DNA of 37,909 nucleotides, taken from a virus. How positions within the stretch are numbered: the stretch's first letter is position 1; the number at the start of each line of letters is the position of its first letter. Both the position numbers and the translations under genes were made by a program. The notes beneath the pieces were generated by a model that did no database searches, was not told where the DNA came from, and worked only from the letters and a program-made list of their open reading frames with translations. The stretch lies in UHGV virus genome UHGV-0127965, one strand, 5' to 3'. Below are positions 10,084 to 19,197 of the stretch, in pieces.

Positions 10084-10488
10084 ATGCCAGGACAAACCAA
10101 GCAAGTAAACACCGGCATAAAGGCCGGTGACAAGTTCGAAACCGTATATCCATTTATCTTCGTATGCACAGATTATCAGTCTTATGACGGCAACGTGCAT
10201 ACCGATGAGCGCTGGATTGGCGGTTGTCACAAAAATTATGAGCCAGCCGATTGTGGTTATGGTGATCAGTGTTTTTACACCGCTGATGCTGAAGGAAAGA
10301 GAATTCTTGAGGTTCTGGCAGTGGTGGAAATGCCAGGCAACTGGCAGCGCAGAATCATTTATTCGTGCCACCTCATAGAGCCTGAAGGCAAGGAGAGGAA
10401 AGGAAGGAAGGCTTACACAGTCACCGAATCAAGGTTTTTAAAAATGTCTACTGGTTACTTCGCTGATTACGAAGTAGAGGAGGCTTAA
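10084..10488 (+). CDS. Hypothetical Cys-rich protein, 134 aa
   Basis: Internal ATG of track ORF 9877..10488 with an AGGAG RBS; lies between cII and the replication genes; no family recognised. Confidence 0.5.
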   Translation: MPGQTKQVNTGIKAGDKFETVYPFIFVCTDYQSYDGNVHTDERWIGGCHKNYEPADCGYGDQCFYTADAEGKRILEVLAVVEMPGNWQRRIIYSCHLIEPEGKERKGRKAYTVTESRFLKMSTGYFADYEVEEA

Positions 10489-10634
10489 TGACAAAACCAC
10501 TCAGTCCTTACCAGGACAAAATTCACAAACACATACTACGTGATCGCTTCCTGTCCAGCTTCAAGCAGCCTGGTCGATTCCGGGCTGAGTTGGAAAAAGT
10601 GAAGCTGATGCAGAAGGAGAAAGGTCATGAGTAA
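10488..10634 (+). CDS. Hypothetical small protein, 48 aa
   Basis: Not in the ORF track. ATG with GAGGAGG RBS overlaps the upstream stop; its 3' end overlaps the O-like start. Confidence 0.4.
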   Translation: MTKPLSPYQDKIHKHILRDRFLSSFKQPGRFRAELEKVKLMQKEKGHE

Positions 10635-11526
10635 CATATCTAATCTAGCCGAAGCCAGAGAGGCCAGAAGGCTACAACAACCGCATCAAAGCAGCGGTAA
10701 GGGGTATGCCTTGCTGCACCGTAAAATTATGGATGTGCCGTTTTACAAGGACGCAGAAGCTGCGCATCTGTGGGTTCACTTAATCCTCAAAGCAAAGCAT
10801 ACGCCTGAGTATGTAATGACTGACGCAGGAGAAATTCTGGTAGGCAGAGGGAAGCTACTTGGCGGTAGAAACTCTCTGGCGTTTGAAACAGGACTCAAAC
10901 CAGATCGCGTTCAGTACCTGCTTAGAAAGTTCAAAAAACTCGGCATGATTGACTGGGTTTCACACGGTAAATTCTCAGTTTTCTCGGTAGAGAAATATGA
11001 CGATTATCAGTCAAATTTTGTACCAGCAGATTACCAGCAAATTACCACCTCAAAGCCAGCAATACCAATGCCTGCAAGCAATACTGTACCAGCAGATTAC
11101 CAGCAAATTACCACAGATAAAGAATATAATAATATTATCTCTAATACTGACGTATTAGAGAGTACCGCAGCAGACAAAAAGTCTGACAAGAAAAAACCTT
11201 CCGTTAGCTGTCAGGATGTTGTCGATGCTTACCACGAAATCCTTCCTGAAGCGCCAAGAATCCGCGCACTGAATGACAAGCGTAAAAACCAGATCCGAAC
11301 GTTCTGGCGCAAAGCCGGAGTGATAACCCGCCAGCTTGACGGGCATGGTTTCACGATGCAGGACTGGAGAAATTATTTGAGCTACGTAGGCGAAAATTGC
11401 CGATGGATGTTCGAAGAGCGCCCAAACCATCAACGCGGAACCGTCTGGCACAAAAAGGGATTTGATTTCCTGCTTAACGATAATACCTACCTGAAAGTTC
11501 GTGAGGGTGAACACGATGACCGATAA
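10627..11526 (+). CDS. Replication initiator (O-like / P22 gene 18-like) with internal origin
   Basis: Positional O analogue directly upstream of the helicase; contains iterons and an AT-rich segment, as lambda O contains ori. Confidence 0.65.
   Translation: MSNISNLAEAREARRLQQPHQSSGKGYALLHRKIMDVPFYKDAEAAHLWVHLILKAKHTPEYVMTDAGEILVGRGKLLGGRNSLAFETGLKPDRVQYLLRKFKKLGMIDWVSHGKFSVFSVEKYDDYQSNFVPADYQQITTSKPAIPMPASNTVPADYQQITTDKEYNNIISNTDVLESTAADKKSDKKKPSVSCQDVVDAYHEILPEAPRIRALNDKRKNQIRTFWRKAGVITRQLDGHGFTMQDWRNYLSYVGENCRWMFEERPNHQRGTVWHKKGFDFLLNDNTYLKVREGEHDDR
11020..11114 (+). repeat. Origin-like iterons inside the O-like gene
   Basis: Exact 29-bp direct repeat GTACCAGCAGATTACCAGCAAATTACCAC at 11020-11048 and 11086-11114, each with TTACCA sub-repeats, followed by an AT-rich stretch near 11120-11150. 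Confidence 0.6.
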
Positions 11527-12952
11527 TTTTTATGCGCCGCCCCATAGCATCGAGGCAGAGCAGGCGGTGATTGGTGGATTGCTTCTGGATGATGACAGCA
11601 GTGAGCGCGTCCAGAAAGTTCTGGCGATGCTGAAGCCTGATTCATTTTACAGCCGACCACACAAAATCCTTTTCGAAGAGATAACCAGAATGCACCGGGA
11701 GCAAAAGCCAGTAGATGGCCTGACGCTTTTCGATGAACTGGAGCGTAAATCGTTAACGGCGTCTGTTGGCGGTTTTGCTTATATCGCTGAGATCGCAAAG
11801 AACACGCCAAGCGCAGCAAACATCGTTGCCTATGCAATGCAGGTTCGTGAAACCGCAATGGAACGCTACGCCATCAACCGCATGACTGAAGCGACGGAAT
11901 TGCTCTATTCCCGCAATGGAATGACTGCAACGCAGAAGTACGAAGCTATTCAGGCGATTTTCACGCAACTGACAGACCATGCAAAAACCGGATCGCGTCG
12001 CGGCCTTCGTTCATTTGGTGAGGTCATGGAAGACTGGGTTAGCGACCTTGAGAAGCGATTTGACCCATCAGGCGAACAACGGGGAATGAGCACAGGGATC
12101 CCATCGCTGGACAGGATGCTGTCACCGAAAGGTCTGGTGAAAGGCTCTCTGTTTGTCATTGGCGCTCGCCCTAAGATGGGGAAAACGACGCTATACAGCC
12201 AGATGGCAATCAACTGCGCAGTGCATGAGAAAAAGCCCGCTCTGATGTTCAGCCTTGAAATGCCAGGTGATCAGATACTGGAAAAACTGGTAGGGCAGAA
12301 GTCTGGTGTTAACCCGAATATTTTTTACCTTCCGGCGACAAATGACGCTGATGACGGCTATCAGGGTGATTACGATGGTGACTTCAACATGGCGATCGAA
12401 ACAGCCAATCGCTTGAGTGAAATCGACCTGCTTTACATCGACGACACGCCGGGATTATCTCTGGCTCAAATCGTCAGCGAAAGCCGTCGAATCAAGCGAG
12501 AAAAAGGATGTGTTGGCATGATTCTGGTCGATTACCTGACACTAATGACCGCTGAGAAGGCCGATCGCAACGACCTTGCTTACGGCATGATCACCAAAGG
12601 ACTGAAGAACCTTGCCAAAGAGCTTGATTGCGTTGTTGTGCTTCTGACACAACTTAACCGCGCACTGGAAAGCCGAACCAATAAACGCCCGTTACCAAGT
12701 GACTCACGAGATACAGGGCAGATTGAACAGGATTGCGATTATTGGGTTGGGATCCATCGGGAAGGTGCTTTTGATGACAGCATTCCTCCTGGTGAAACCG
12801 AACTAATCCTTCGTCTCAATCGTCATGGCAATACCGGCACGGTGTATTGCATTCAGGCAAATGGAGCTATTTATGACACAGACCAACAGTCTGCTGAAAT
12901 GCGCCGCCGTGAACGCGAGGAACCGCAGTCCAAGAAGAAAGGAGGATTCTGA
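11516..12952 (+). CDS. DnaB-family replicative helicase (P22 gene 12-like)
   Basis: DnaB-like N-terminal domain and Walker A GARPKMGKTT; start taken at the ATG within track ORF 11501..12952. Confidence 0.9.
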   Translation: MTDNFYAPPHSIEAEQAVIGGLLLDDDSSERVQKVLAMLKPDSFYSRPHKILFEEITRMHREQKPVDGLTLFDELERKSLTASVGGFAYIAEIAKNTPSAANIVAYAMQVRETAMERYAINRMTEATELLYSRNGMTATQKYEAIQAIFTQLTDHAKTGSRRGLRSFGEVMEDWVSDLEKRFDPSGEQRGMSTGIPSLDRMLSPKGLVKGSLFVIGARPKMGKTTLYSQMAINCAVHEKKPALMFSLEMPGDQILEKLVGQKSGVNPNIFYLPATNDADDGYQGDYDGDFNMAIETANRLSEIDLLYIDDTPGLSLAQIVSESRRIKREKGCVGMILVDYLTLMTAEKADRNDLAYGMITKGLKNLAKELDCVVVLLTQLNRALESRTNKRPLPSDSRDTGQIEQDCDYWVGIHREGAFDDSIPPGETELILRLNRHGNTGTVYCIQANGAIYDTDQQSAEMRRREREEPQSKKKGGF

Positions 12953-12981
12953 TGACCATCTACATCACTGAGCTTGTAACA

Positions 12982-13012
12982 GGCCTGCTGGTAATCGCAG
13001 GCCTTTTTATTT
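12982..13012 (+). terminator. Intrinsic terminator after the replication genes
   Basis: GGCCTGC-N8-GCAGGCC hairpin followed by TTTTTATTT. Confidence 0.6.
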
Positions 13013-13041
13013 GGGGGAGAGGGAATTGGAGGCTTTAAGAA

Positions 13042-13257
13042 ATGAGTACGATAGCTGAGCTTGTCAGGGCTAATTTTCGTGAAGAGTTGGTGCGTTCGTA
13101 TCGGTATCGTTCATCGTCCAGTTTGCCGATTGATGAGTTGTATGAGCATTCACCTGCTGCACGACGCTATCCGCGTGACCGTGTTCTTCGACGGTTGTCC
13201 AAACTCAACAATGAGTTTCAGCGCAACAGAATTATTCGGAGTCTGGATTTAAAGTAA
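13042..13257 (+). CDS. Hypothetical nin-region protein, 71 aa
   Basis: ATG with GGAGG RBS. Confidence 0.45.
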   Translation: MSTIAELVRANFREELVRSYRYRSSSSLPIDELYEHSPAARRYPRDRVLRRLSKLNNEFQRNRIIRSLDLK

Positions 13258-13267
13258 AGGAGTGAGC

Positions 13268-13474
13268 ATGACAAATCAGCAGCAAATAGAGTTCATCCTT
13301 GAGCAGATTCGAAAAATGCGAGAAAAGAACCAGCCAGACATGATGGAAATATGGAGACGCCAGCAGGAAGAATACCGCAAGCATATTTTTGGTGAGAGAA
13401 AACAGGATGACTGGAGCCTATATGGCTATGGCACCAGGACAAATAAAAACGGATATAGCCTTTACACATATTGA
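13268..13474 (+). CDS. Hypothetical nin-region protein, 68 aa
   Basis: ATG with AGGAG RBS (the track starts at an upstream GTG). Confidence 0.45.
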   Translation: MTNQQQIEFILEQIRKMREKNQPDMMEIWRRQQEEYRKHIFGERKQDDWSLYGYGTRTNKNGYSLYTY

Positions 13475-13482
13475 GGAATTCC

Positions 13483-13893
13483 ATGAAACAGACAATTTTC
13501 CTCAGGAGTAAGCAACAACAGCAAGCCGCAATCACCGCCATCCTCGCAACACCACTCGATAAAGACAAGCCAGTTACCATCCGCATTACTGACTACAAGC
13601 GCAACCTTGACCAGAACGCAAAATTTCACGCGATGCTGGCGGATATCGCAAGTCAGGTTCAATGGTGCGGCAAATGGTTAAAACCAGAACAATGGAAGGT
13701 TTTGTTGATAAGCGGTCATGCAGTGGCAACAAAGCAGGAAGCTGATGTTTTGCCCGGCCTTGAAGGCGAATACGTCAACATTCGCGAAAGCAGCGCGCAG
13801 ATGAGCGTGAAGCGTATGGCAAGTCTGATCGAGTACACAACAGCATGGGCTATTGGTCAGGGTGTCAGATTTACCGACAGGAGGTACGAATGA
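13483..13893 (+). CDS. ninB: NinB (Orf-family recombination mediator)
   Basis: ...[27 protein letters not shown]... resembles lambda NinB; GAGG RBS. Confidence 0.8.
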   Translation: MKQTIFLRSKQQQQAAITAILATPLDKDKPVTIRITDYKRNLDQNAKFHAMLADIASQVQWCGKWLKPEQWKVLLISGHAVATKQEADVLPGLEGEYVNIRESSAQMSVKRMASLIEYTTAWAIGQGVRFTDRRYE

Positions 13894-14066
13894 GACGACA
13901 GCGACGAAGTATCACCGACATAATCTGCGAAAACTGCAAATACCTTCCAACGAAACGCTCCAGAAATAAACGCAAGCCAATCCCAAAAGAATCTGACGTA
14001 AAAACCTTCAACTACACGGCTCACCTGTGGGATATCCGGTGGCTAAGACATCGTGCGAGGAAATGA
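13890..14066 (+). CDS. ninE: NinE-like protein, 58 aa
   Basis: [32 protein letters not shown] matches my memory of lambda NinE; ATGA coupling with ninB. Confidence 0.6.
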   Translation: MRRQRRSITDIICENCKYLPTKRSRNKRKPIPKESDVKTFNYTAHLWDIRWLRHRARK

Positions 14067-14470
14067 CAATGCTTTTAATTCAACCTGGATTTGGCCTTAG
14101 CATCAAAAAAGGGCACATGTTTGGCGAGAAAGAGTCACAACGAAAAATGGTGTCTATCCGGTTGCCATTTATCAGTATTTATTGGCTAAACAGGGAGGCA
14201 ACAAATTATTGGTATACATGCGCCAGAGCAGCATTTAACGACCCTGACTGGTTTGTGAAAAACCACCACGCAGTTCGTCAGGCAAAGAGAAAGGCCAATA
14301 CGACATACATGAAGGCGTATCGAAAAGCATGGAAAGAACACCGCGATCGATACCAACAAGACATGGAAAAGCTTGAATCAGAAAACATGGAATTAAGACG
14401 AAAGCTTGGTGAAGCAAAACGAGACATTGATGCTTACAAGCGACTTTTTAATGGTGAAAGCCATGCTTAG
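14063..14470 (+). CDS. Hypothetical nin-region protein (about 134 aa)
   Basis: ATG at 14063 or 14069 after GAGG; C-terminal coiled coil; no family recognised. Confidence 0.45.
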   Translation: MTMLLIQPGFGLSIKKGHMFGEKESQRKMVSIRLPFISIYWLNREATNYWYTCARAAFNDPDWFVKNHHAVRQAKRKANTTYMKAYRKAWKEHRDRYQQDMEKLESENMELRRKLGEAKRDIDAYKRLFNGESHA

Positions 14471-14639
14471 CCCATCCCAATCCCTCCAATACCAGAAAGA
14501 AAGCGTCGAGCGGGCTTTAACGTGCGCTAACTGCGGTCAGAAGCTGCATGTGCTGGAAGTTCACGTGTGCGCCGATTGCTGCGCAGAACTGATGAGCGAT
14601 CCGAATAGCTCAATGTACGAGGAAGAAGACGATGAGTGA
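14463..14639 (+). CDS. ninF: NinF, 58 aa
   Basis: [36 protein letters not shown]... resembles lambda NinF. Confidence 0.8.
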   Translation: MLSPSQSLQYQKESVERALTCANCGQKLHVLEVHVCADCCAELMSDPNSSMYEEEDDE

Positions 14640-14844
14640 TTACCTGAAATGGTATCTCTGTTACCGCTGGTTAATTAAGTTTGCTGTAAAAGACTGGATG
14701 ACAGCGGATGCCAACAAGCTTAAACAACGAAAGGACTATTACTACGCCAGAATGAAGGAAAACTACTGCTCAATCCGCACTCGCATATTTATTAAAAAAG
14801 ACCTTCAGTCAATTCTTCAATTGCGAGGGAAGGTAAATGGCTAA
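14632..14844 (+). CDS. Hypothetical protein, 70 aa
   Basis: ATGA-coupled ORF between ninF and the YbcO-like gene. Confidence 0.4.
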   Translation: MSDYLKWYLCYRWLIKFAVKDWMTADANKLKQRKDYYYARMKENYCSIRTRIFIKKDLQSILQLRGKVNG

Positions 14845-15127
14845 TCTACGCAAAGAAGCGCGCGGCAGAGAATGCCAGGTACGTATTTACGGCATATGCA
14901 ATGGCAATCCTGAAACTACAGTTCTGGCACATTACCGGATGGCTGGAATTTGCGGAACGGGAATGAAACCTGACGACATGATCGGCGCATGGGCTTGTAG
15001 CGCGTGTCACGATGAAATCGACCGACGCACCCATAATCTCGACAACAAAGACGCCAGACTTTACCACCTCGAAGGCGTGATCAGGACGCAGGCGATACTG
15101 CTGAAGGAGGGGAAGATTAAGTCATGA
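14837..15127 (+). CDS. DUF1364 / YbcO-like protein (putative nuclease)
   Basis: MANLRKEARGRECQVRIYGICNGNPETTVLAHYR... resembles E. coli YbcO of prophage nin regions (from memory). Confidence 0.6.
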   Translation: MANLRKEARGRECQVRIYGICNGNPETTVLAHYRMAGICGTGMKPDDMIGAWACSACHDEIDRRTHNLDNKDARLYHLEGVIRTQAILLKEGKIKS

Positions 15128-15486
15128 ACGAATATCAGTTTGTGCTTCCGTACCCGCCGTCGGTGAACACCTACTGGCGAAGACGGGAAAGCCAATACTA
15201 CATCAGCGATAAAGGCCAGAAATACCGAAAAGACGTTCAGCAAATCATTCGCCAACTCAAGTTAGACATTTTCACCAAATCACGACTCCGCATCAAAGTC
15301 ATCGCAGACGTTCCAGATTCCCGCCGCCGCGACCTCGACAACATCCTGAAAGGTTTACTCGACTCCCTTATCCACGCCGGATTTGCGGAAGACGACGAGC
15401 AATTCGATGACATTCGCGTAATTCGTGGTGTGAAAGTACCAGGCGGACGGCTTGGAATAAAAATCACCGAACTGGAGAACGTATGA
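15124..15486 (+). CDS. rusA: RusA Holliday-junction resolvase
   Basis: 120 aa with the RRRDLDN catalytic motif and overall similarity to RusA. Confidence 0.85.
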   Translation: MNEYQFVLPYPPSVNTYWRRRESQYYISDKGQKYRKDVQQIIRQLKLDIFTKSRLRIKVIADVPDSRRRDLDNILKGLLDSLIHAGFAEDDEQFDDIRVIRGVKVPGGRLGIKITELENV

Positions 15487-15671
15487 ACGCCACAATTCAA
15501 ACGATACCAGAGCTTCTTATCCAGACACGAGGCAATCAGACCGAAGTGGCAAGGATGCTTTCCTGCGCAAGAGGAACAGTGCTCAAGTACAACCGAGACA
15601 GCAAAGGCGAGCGCCACGTAATAGTTAACGGCGTCCTGATGGTCAAACAGGGCAAGAGGGGAAGACGATGA
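15483..15671 (+). CDS. ninH: NinH-like protein
   Basis: TIPELLIQTRGNQTEVARMLSCARGTVLKY resembles lambda NinH. Confidence 0.7.
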   Translation: MNATIQTIPELLIQTRGNQTEVARMLSCARGTVLKYNRDSKGERHVIVNGVLMVKQGKRGRR

Positions 15672-16156
15672 GCATAAGAGAAATAAACCTCACCAAAGAA
15701 CAGCACGATTGGCTGAATGGCTGGCTTGAACTGTGGGGCGCATGGGTTTATTCAGGTCGTCTGGAAAAGCGCATGAGCAGCGTAATAGCTAAGTTCATGG
15801 AGAGCGTAGAGCCGGGAAGAGTTATGACAAGGCCAATGTGTAATGATGATGATGGAATGTTGATTTCTCAGGTCGTCGATTCCGTCATGTACATTGACAA
15901 GAAAGCCTTTGGCATCCTCCTCAGCTACTACGCTCATGGATCTTCCAAGCATGCCATTGCATCTTACTATCATCGTGTCGCAAGACCTCGCAAGATGTTA
16001 TGCCGGGGCGGCGGGCGTATTCAAAAACCATCGCTCGCAACCTGTCGCCGGGAAGTTGACGAAATCCTCAATGCCTCGTTGTTTATGATTTACCAGGTTC
16101 TGGATAGTGCGTTTAAAAATCGGAAACGTGTAGAGAAAATTAAACATGTAGCATAG
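15668..16156 (+). CDS. Q: Late antiterminator Q-like protein, 162 aa
   Basis: Last gene before the lysis cassette; reminiscent of short phage-21-type Q proteins; assignment is positional plus weak recollection. Confidence 0.55.
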   Translation: MSIREINLTKEQHDWLNGWLELWGAWVYSGRLEKRMSSVIAKFMESVEPGRVMTRPMCNDDDGMLISQVVDSVMYIDKKAFGILLSYYAHGSSKHAIASYYHRVARPRKMLCRGGGRIQKPSLATCRREVDEILNASLFMIYQVLDSAFKNRKRVEKIKHVA

Positions 16157-16200
16157 AACGTGTTGACATCATTGAGCAAATGAGCAACACTATTCGCATA

Positions 16201-16243
16201 AGCTGCCGTTAGTGACTCTTAAGTTGCAACGGTGGCTTTTTTT
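16201..16243 (+). terminator. tR'-like intrinsic terminator downstream of Q
   Basis: 10-bp stem AGCTGCCGTT / AACGGTGGCT (two G-U pairs) then T7; a TTGACA -35-like hexamer lies just upstream at 16163-16168. Confidence 0.55.
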
Positions 16244-16247
16244 ATTT

Positions 16248-16322
16248 GGGTCAGTCGTATAAAGGTCATTACGGAAGGCTGTTAACCTTCTTATCGTGGT
16301 TCGAGTCCACGCTGTCCCGCCA
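16248..16322 (+). tRNA. tRNA-Asn (anticodon GUU)-like gene
   Basis: Hand-folded cloverleaf: acceptor GGGTCAG/CTGTCCC (6 of 7 pairs), U8, D-loop with GG, anticodon stem GAAGG/CCTTC with loop CTGTTAA, T-arm CGTGG-TTCGAGT-CCACG, discriminator G, encoded CCA. Confidence 0.55.
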
Positions 16323-16603
16323 AACATGCTGGTTTAGCTCCAATGGTAGAGGTGGTAAATGCCGAGCAAAGATTACTATCTTAATCGAAGGGCTAGGCTT
16401 GCTAAGGCCGTGGAAAAGTTGGGTGGTCGTTGCGCGAGTTGCGGATCCGAATACTAATGGTCTAGTTATTTCAGACATATTCATCAATTTCAGGCTCACG
16501 GGAATCATCCGCTACGTGCTTTGTTGATAAATCCAGCCCGTGAAGCCTGACCCTTTTCAAACACACACACACAGCGCCATCCGAAAAATCGGAGGTGAGG
16601 CCT

Positions 16604-16927
16604 ATGAAAATGCCATACAAACAAGATTTCATCGCTGCGCTACTTGCCGCCAAGGAGCAGGGTATTGGTGCAATGCTGGCTTTTATCATGGCGTATCTGC
16701 GTGGTCGCTATAACGGCGGCGCGGTAACAAAAACGCTAATTGATGCGCTGATGTGCGCGATGATTGCCTGGTTCGTTCGTGACCTTCTGGACTTTATCGG
16801 CCTGAGCAGCAACCTCGCCTACATAGCCAGCGTCTTTATTGGATACATCGGCACCGATTCGATCGGCAATCTTATTAAAAAACTTGCAGCAAAAAAGGCG
16901 GGAGTTGACGATGCAAACCAGTCCTGA
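16604..16927 (+). CDS. S: Class I holin (lambda S-like) with dual-start MKM motif
   Basis: [39 protein letters not shown]... closely resembles lambda S; GGAGGTGAGG RBS; the track's GTG start lies upstream. Confidence 0.9.
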   Translation: MKMPYKQDFIAALLAAKEQGIGAMLAFIMAYLRGRYNGGAVTKTLIDALMCAMIAWFVRDLLDFIGLSSNLAYIASVFIGYIGTDSIGNLIKKLAAKKAGVDDANQS

Positions 16928-17360
16928 CGGAATTGCTCTGATAAAAAAATTTGAAGGTTGTCGGCTGACTGCTTACCCCGACCCCGGAACGGGAGATGCG
17001 CCGTGGACCATCGGCTATGGCTGGACCCATCCGGTTGACGGAAAGCCAGTAAAGCGCGGTATGACTATCGACCAGCAAACCGCTGACAGGCTTCTGAAAA
17101 CAGGGCTTGTTGGTTATGAGAATGACGTGCTGAAAGTTGTCAGGGTGAAGCTGACACAAGGCCAGTTCGACGCACTGGTGTCGTTCGCTTACAACGTTGG
17201 GTCGCGTGCTCTTTCCACATCTACACTGCTGAAAAAGCTGAATGCTGGCGATATAAAAGGCGCGGCAGATGAATTTCTGCGCTGGAATAAATCAGGCGGA
17301 AAGGTGATGCCGGGGCTCACGAATCGCCGCAAGGCAGAGCGAGCTCTGTTCCTGTCATGA
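16911..17360 (+). CDS. Endolysin (GH24 lysozyme, P22 gp19 type)
   Basis: [18 protein letters not shown]...GYG...[11 protein letters not shown] is a T4/P22-type lysozyme; ATG inside track ORF 16839..17360, overlapping the holin end. Confidence 0.9.
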   Translation: MQTSPDGIALIKKFEGCRLTAYPDPGTGDAPWTIGYGWTHPVDGKPVKRGMTIDQQTADRLLKTGLVGYENDVLKVVRVKLTQGQFDALVSFAYNVGSRALSTSTLLKKLNAGDIKGAADEFLRWNKSGGKVMPGLTNRRKAERALFLS

Positions 17361-17824
17361 TTAGCGCACTGGTTAAGCGTTACTGGCTGCAGTTGCTGGT
17401 GCTGGCGTTAATCGGCGCACTGGCTTTCTTCGTGAACCACTACCGCGACAACGCCATCACTTACAGAGACCAGCGCGATAAGGCCACTGAGAAACTCCTC
17501 CTGGCGACCGCCACCATTAAAGACATGCAGACCCGCCAGCGTGATGTCGCTGCACTGGATGCCAAATACACCGGAGAACTGGCTGATGCGAAAGAAACCA
17601 TTGAGCGTCTGCATAGCGATGTCATTGCTGGCCGTAAGCGGCTGCAAGTCGCCGCCACCTGTGCAAAGTCAACGACCGGAGCCAGCAGCATGGGCGATGG
17701 AGAAAGCCCAAGACTTACAGCAGATGCTGAACTCAATTATTACCGTCTCCGAAGTGGAATCGACAGGATGACCGCGCAGGTTAACTACCTGCAGGAGTAC
17801 ATCAGGACGCAATGCCTGAAATAA
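17357..17824 (+). CDS. Rz: Rz i-spanin
   Basis: N-terminal TM helix then coiled-coil periplasmic domain; ATGA-coupled to the lysozyme. Confidence 0.8.
   Translation: MISALVKRYWLQLLVLALIGALAFFVNHYRDNAITYRDQRDKATEKLLLATATIKDMQTRQRDVAALDAKYTGELADAKETIERLHSDVIAGRKRLQVAATCAKSTTGASSMGDGESPRLTADAELNYYRLRSGIDRMTAQVNYLQEYIRTQCLK
17586..17771 (+). CDS. Rz1: Rz1 o-spanin lipoprotein, embedded in Rz in the +1 frame
   Basis: [20 protein letters not shown] lipobox and Pro-rich mature region, wholly inside Rz. Confidence 0.75.
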   Translation: MRKKPLSVCIAMSLLAVSGCKSPPPVQSQRPEPAAWAMEKAQDLQQMLNSIITVSEVESTG

Positions 17825-17860
17825 TCTGGCGATGAAAAACAAAAAAAACAGGAGCAATAC

Positions 17861-18136
17861 ATGACTAAGCTTTATCACCGCATCTCAACTTTTCTCTCTG
17901 GTTGCTGGGCGTTTATCACGTCTATTTCGTTCGCCGTCTTTAGTTTCGGTAGCACAGCGTTCTCGCTTAGTCGGGGTCTGTGGCGTGCTATTTCAGCACT
18001 AGCGCCGAAATTTTTACCTGAAAAGGCTGTTTGGCGAATTGTAGAGCGAATGTGTAGTGAGAGCGTTCGCGAGAAGATTAACGTATTTGGACGTCATCCT
18101 CGAAATACAGGCGCATTGTGCAGTCCGTTACTGTAG
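17861..18136 (+). CDS. Hypothetical membrane protein, 91 aa
   Basis: Strong AGGAG RBS; hydrophobic N-terminal segment; between lysis and packaging genes. Confidence 0.5.
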   Translation: MTKLYHRISTFLSGCWAFITSISFAVFSFGSTAFSLSRGLWRAISALAPKFLPEKAVWRIVERMCSESVREKINVFGRHPRNTGALCSPLL

Positions 18137-18430
18137 TCATTACAAAGCCCATCTACGGGTGGGCTTGATAATGAAACCGGAATTTATTCTGGGAAACCAG
18201 TTACGGAAGTACCGCGAAACAACCCAAGCCAGTAAGTGGGGAAATAACACTGGCAGCCACTGAAAGATGAACCTCCTGCCTTATGGCAAAAAAGATTCTT
18301 TGTGGTGGCGGACTGATGGAAAGACATCGGTTATTGCAGAGACCATTCAATGAGTGGTCTCGACAATGGCTTATACCCTACACGGGATAACTTAACTGAT
18401 ATCCCTTTTAACGGATAAACGGAGCCAACA

Positions 18431-18673
18431 ATGGCAGAGATTATTCCCATGACTGAAGAACAGAAATTCCAGTTAGAGATTTACAAACTGGTCATGAACC
18501 AGAACGCAGCCGCAGAAGAAGCATTTCAGTTCATTGGCACTGACGAGCTGAAGCTTGAGTTATTCAAAATTCACTTCCAGTCAGGCGGCGCTAATTCAGA
18601 TATCACGACCCGCACTATCGAAGCGGTACGTAAATCGAAGGAAGCGTTAGACCTGTTCACCACCGGAGCATGA
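18431..18673 (+). CDS. Hypothetical protein, 80 aa
   Basis: ATG with GGAG RBS; upstream of the small terminase gene. Confidence 0.45.
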   Translation: MAEIIPMTEEQKFQLEIYKLVMNQNAAAEEAFQFIGTDELKLELFKIHFQSGGANSDITTRTIEAVRKSKEALDLFTTGA

Positions 18674-18702
18674 TGCTCAACCTGAAATAACAAATAAGTG
18701 AG

Positions 18703-19197
18703 ATGGATATGGCAGCACCAAAGGGCAACCGATTTTGGGAGGCCCGCAGTAGTCATGGGCGAAACCCTAAATTCGAATCGCCTGAGGCGCTGTGGGCTGC
18801 TTGTTGTGAATACTTCGAGTGGGCTGATGATAACCCGCTATGGGAGGGCAAGGTATTTTCATATCAGGGAGAAATAATTAAGGCTAATGTCCCTAAGATG
18901 CGAGCCATGACTATTTCAGGATTGTGTACCTTCCTTGATATCACCAGGCAAACATGGGGAACCTTCCGGTCAATGGAAGGTTTTTCTGACGTCACATCAC
19001 GAGCGGAAGACATCATCTACGATCAGAAATTCTCTGGCGCAGCCGCTGACCTTCTCAACGCTAACATCATCGCCCGTGATTTGGGCCTCAAAGAGCAGTC
19101 GCAAGTTGAAGACGTGACACCTGATAAGGGAGATCGCGATAAGCGGCGCTCTCGTATCAAGGAGCTATTCAACCGTGGAACTGGACGCGATTCTTGA
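18703..19197 (+). CDS. Terminase small subunit (P22 gp3-like)
   Basis: 164 aa directly upstream of and overlapping the large terminase; the KGNRFWE N-terminus resembles small terminases (from memory). Confidence 0.7.
   Translation: MDMAAPKGNRFWEARSSHGRNPKFESPEALWAACCEYFEWADDNPLWEGKVFSYQGEIIKANVPKMRAMTISGLCTFLDITRQTWGTFRSMEGFSDVTSRAEDIIYDQKFSGAAADLLNANIIARDLGLKEQSQVEDVTPDKGDRDKRRSRIKELFNRGTGRDS

Noticed and set aside
12953-13039. 28-aa hydrophobic mini-ORF after the helicase
   Set aside because: Its sequence is mostly the stem-loop and T-tract of an intrinsic terminator; more likely a terminator than a gene.
16163-16192. TTGACA-containing candidate late promoter pR'
   Set aside because: A -35-like hexamer is present, but no good -10 lies at the right spacing and the terminator stem begins within about 35 bp, so it is not listed as a feature.
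16323-16560. Possible second tRNA or tRNA pseudogene downstream of the tRNA-Asn-like gene
   Set aside because: D-arm-like fragments are present but I could not assemble a full cloverleaf with acceptor and T arms by hand.
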